From contig OZ037765.1 of assembly GCA_964035545.1 (NCBI GenBank), positions 25,481,504 through 25,545,503 of the forward strand: DNA of 64,000 nt. The letters are read 5' to 3'. The translations under genes were made by a program, and so were the position numbers. Positions 61,801 through 64,000 of the stretch are shown here, piece after piece. This DNA comes from Bugula neritina (Eukaryota; Animalia; Bryozoa). Numbering within the stretch: the first letter of the stretch is position 1; each line of letters begins with the position of its first letter. Under the pieces are notes generated by a model, which ran no database searches, had not been told where the DNA came from, and was given only the letters and a program-made list of their open reading frames with translations.

Positions 61801-63898
61801 GGTAGGAGATAGTAGTGCGACACATACCTTAGCATCTGCTTTGTAACCATTGGCAACTGTGTACCTTTCTTCTACTGTGTTTTTAGTTAGCTCAATCATC
61901 TCACGCCCATATGCAGTAGTGCTCTACAAAGCATTTCATTTCAGAGTGATGAATAAGTTACAGATCTATACTATTAGGCAACCTCCAATGGTTGGAGAGA
62001 AATTTAACTGTCTCTGAGTTCGATCAAAGGGCAGGTGGAAGGATTTTAAATCATAAATACTAATTTGCTTGTTTTGCTACTGTTGAATCAATATATTCAA
62101 CTATTTATTTCAAAGGTAGTTTAATTTTAGTTATCTTATCCACCTAGGTGTTGTGGTGTTTGAATCTTAATTTTTAATCAGATTCAACTCCTAATTTCAA
62201 TATGTTTAAAGTTTTAGCCAGTGTTAGGCAATATTCTAATTTACTGATAAAATAAGGTAATAAAAAAAACACTAATAATAAACTAAGGAGTGGGAATGGC
62301 ATGTAAATGTCAGCTCTAAATCAAGGCACTAAATTGATAAAGCAGCTTCCCAGCCAGTAAACAACATAGCCATAAACCTAGTTCTTATCTCCTTAGATAA
62401 GCCTTTTATTGATAAAACAGAAACGCATTTATTATAATATTATCAAGATAGGTGTTATTGAAAGCTGTACTTTGAGCCAGCATTTTTATAATTACACAAT
62501 GCAGTGATGAGTCAGTGTCAACAGCCAGTTTATCAAAAAGTCATTAGAAATTAATTCAATAATGGCTGCAACACTGACACTGAGTGCTAATGTCCTCAAC
62601 GTTATCACAAAATTTAGCTGATACTCAGCCATTGGTGACTACCATACATAGTTATACCAGTCTATTATATATTATACTGCATTGTATTAATTCATTCAGG
62701 TGTAAGAACAAGCCTTATATATTTATTGCCAGTTTGATCTTAAATGTTGACATTTGGTACATAATTATTGATCTGCTACTCAAGTTGAGCAAGTAGGACT
62801 GCATTACTAGACATGTATGTTATTGATTGCCTGACAATTTGCTATGCAGCTAGAAAGCAAAGGAGTCTGGGAAGTTAGCAGCTATTATACAGGACATACA
62901 CATACATAAAAGGCATTGGGCTAAAAATATGTCACTTTGCCCTACTTTTACTGTGTATAAAATCCTGCACCTGTACAAACAAAAAATTCCACAAACCAAG
63001 TACTACATTCATTATATGGGTGGACTTTAAGCATTCCATGCTAACAGAGCCAAAAAACTTTAAAAGGAAACGTTTCCATACACTGAAGCCCCATAAATCA
63101 TGAATACTAACATAGCAAAACAGCCAAATATTGGCAAATGATATATCAAAGATTAGTTTTACCATAATGCTAGCAAACTTTAGGGTACAACAACTTTGCT
63201 TTTAGTAAGCATGCCATCAGCACAGTTGGCATGTAATAATTTAGCACCAGCATAGTGCAGCCGTGGTCTAGGGGTTAGAGTGTTTGACAAAGAAGGCCAT
63301 TGGTGATGTTAGGAAGAACATCCAGTCATAATTGCTCCTGTGCCTCATTTAAATAAGTCCTTAGCCAGCTTTAACAAAAACCCTTTCTATCAGGGGTATC
63401 TCGCAGGGATAGTGACTATAAAACTTGCATGAGTTTTTTTTATAGTGCCAGTATTTAAATGCTAAAGAAATACCATGGTGTATTATTTAAATATGATGTC
63501 ATGCTGTGACAAATTTCAAGCAACTTATAAAGTATGTAAAACAGTGATAATCTAAATTTTTATTTTAAATAAGAAGAGCCAGTACAAAGTAGACTGGAGA
63601 ACACAAGTTGTATTACTACTGAAAAGTTGTCTCCCCTTTATACAGACTAGGAAGTTCAAGTTGAGGTCAACCGATGACAATACACTACGCAAGGCTCATA
63701 GCTGCTTATGAAAATAAGAGAAAATATTATACTATCAGAGATAAACACACCTGAGAGATCTCCAGGCAAGGTAGCCTGCCAACTTGAGCACCAGTGAAAC
63801 CATAAACAGAATTTGCACTGATCTTAAGGGCAAGCTGCCGACCATCTAACACTTTTTTCTTGAATGGATCCGTTTCATTTTTTAGATCTAACTTAGCT
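52859..63898 (-). CDS. POLD1: DNA polymerase delta catalytic subunit, 3' half (gene continues beyond the window); exons 63898-63751, 61923-61828, 59406-59269, 58223-58051, 57326-57174, 56904-56802, 54520-54388, 54077-53964, 53486-53327, 52946-52859
   Basis: B-family motifs [33 protein letters not shown] and KGIETVRRD; GDRVPYV; [10 protein letters not shown]; C-terminal CysA (CVGC..CPYC) and CysB (WTQCQRC..C..RDCPIFY). Confidence 0.97.
55162..55300. repeat. Degenerate (ACC/ACT)n trinucleotide tract in a POLD1 intron
   Basis: CTACTACTACTACCACTATT...ACCACCACTGCTACCACCACCACTG... Confidence 0.85.
55906..56101. mobile_element. MITE with CAC(T/C)GGCTTTCC termini and internal GATCGATC repeats
   Basis: Imperfect 25-bp TIR CACTGGCTTTCCCTGGATCGATCTC / GAGATCGGTCCATGGAAAGCCGGTG, with internal copies of CCATGGAAAG. 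Confidence 0.75.
56575..56739. mobile_element. MITE, same CACTG family, inverted and degenerate
   Basis: ACTGCATTTTTTCCATGACTGCGAAT...GAATGAAAAATCCATTC...ATGGAAATGAAGTG is the reverse complement of 59826-59990 with substitutions. Confidence 0.75.
59401..59698. repeat. 43-bp tandem repeat, about 7 copies, spanning the POLD1 intron/exon boundary
   Basis: Unit TATTACCTAACAAGGTGTG(G/A)CAGTACTA(G/T)TTAGTTATCATATA starts at 59401, 59444, 59487, 59530, 59573, 59616 and 59659. Confidence 0.97.
59826..59990. mobile_element. MITE with CACTG termini and 3-bp TSD
   Basis: Perfect 14-bp TIR CACTGCGTTTCCAT / ATGGAAACGCAGTG flanked by TAT on both sides. Confidence 0.85.
63257..63441 (+). mobile_element. 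tRNA-derived SINE, family A (head partly deleted)
   Basis: GCAGCCGTGGTCTAGGGGTTAGAG...GGCCATTGGTGATGTTAGGAAGAACATCCAGTCATAATTGCTCCTGTGCC...GACTATAAAACTTGCATGAGTTTTTTTT; lies in a POLD1 intron. Confidence 0.85.
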
Positions 63899-64000
63899 CT
63901 ACAAAGAAAAAAATAAGAGATGCTCTGCATATTTATAACTTGACCCATGGGGGGGGAGGGTGTCTTACACCAAAATGAGAGGAACTACATTTTTAGTCTG

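Overview
AT-rich, intron-rich genomic DNA from an invertebrate animal; there is no sign of prokaryotic features. I assembled the gene models by hand from GT-AG boundaries, reading frame and protein motifs. From left to right the window holds: (+) a sorting nexin SNX7/SNX30-type gene with an antisense tRNA-Val(CAC) and a 21-bp minisatellite in its introns; (-) a PTF1A-type bHLH gene whose 5' end is unresolved; a full-length but decayed Tc1/mariner element; (+) a Paraxis/Scleraxis (TCF15-type) bHLH gene; (+) an MTMR3/4 myotubularin phosphatase with a FYVE domain, one GC-AG intron and a nested pair of MITEs; (-) COG7; (+) an ESE-class (EHF/ELF3/ELF5-like) PNT+ETS transcription factor; and (-) the 3' half of POLD1. 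Several tRNA-derived SINEs and CACTG-ended MITEs are scattered through the introns. Three observations stand out. (1) The ETS gene has two tandem, same-phase, homologous terminal exons that would swap the end of the DNA-recognition helix and the wing, with a poly(A) signal between them. (2) Seven tandem copies of the 3' splice site, each reading AG|GTAATA, precede the POLD1 catalytic YGDTD exon. (3) Strand-symmetric (ANT)n triplet-periodic islands recur next to the likely 5' ends of the housekeeping genes. Exon coordinates were read manually and may be off by a few bases. Orthology calls rest on remembered family motifs, not database searches.
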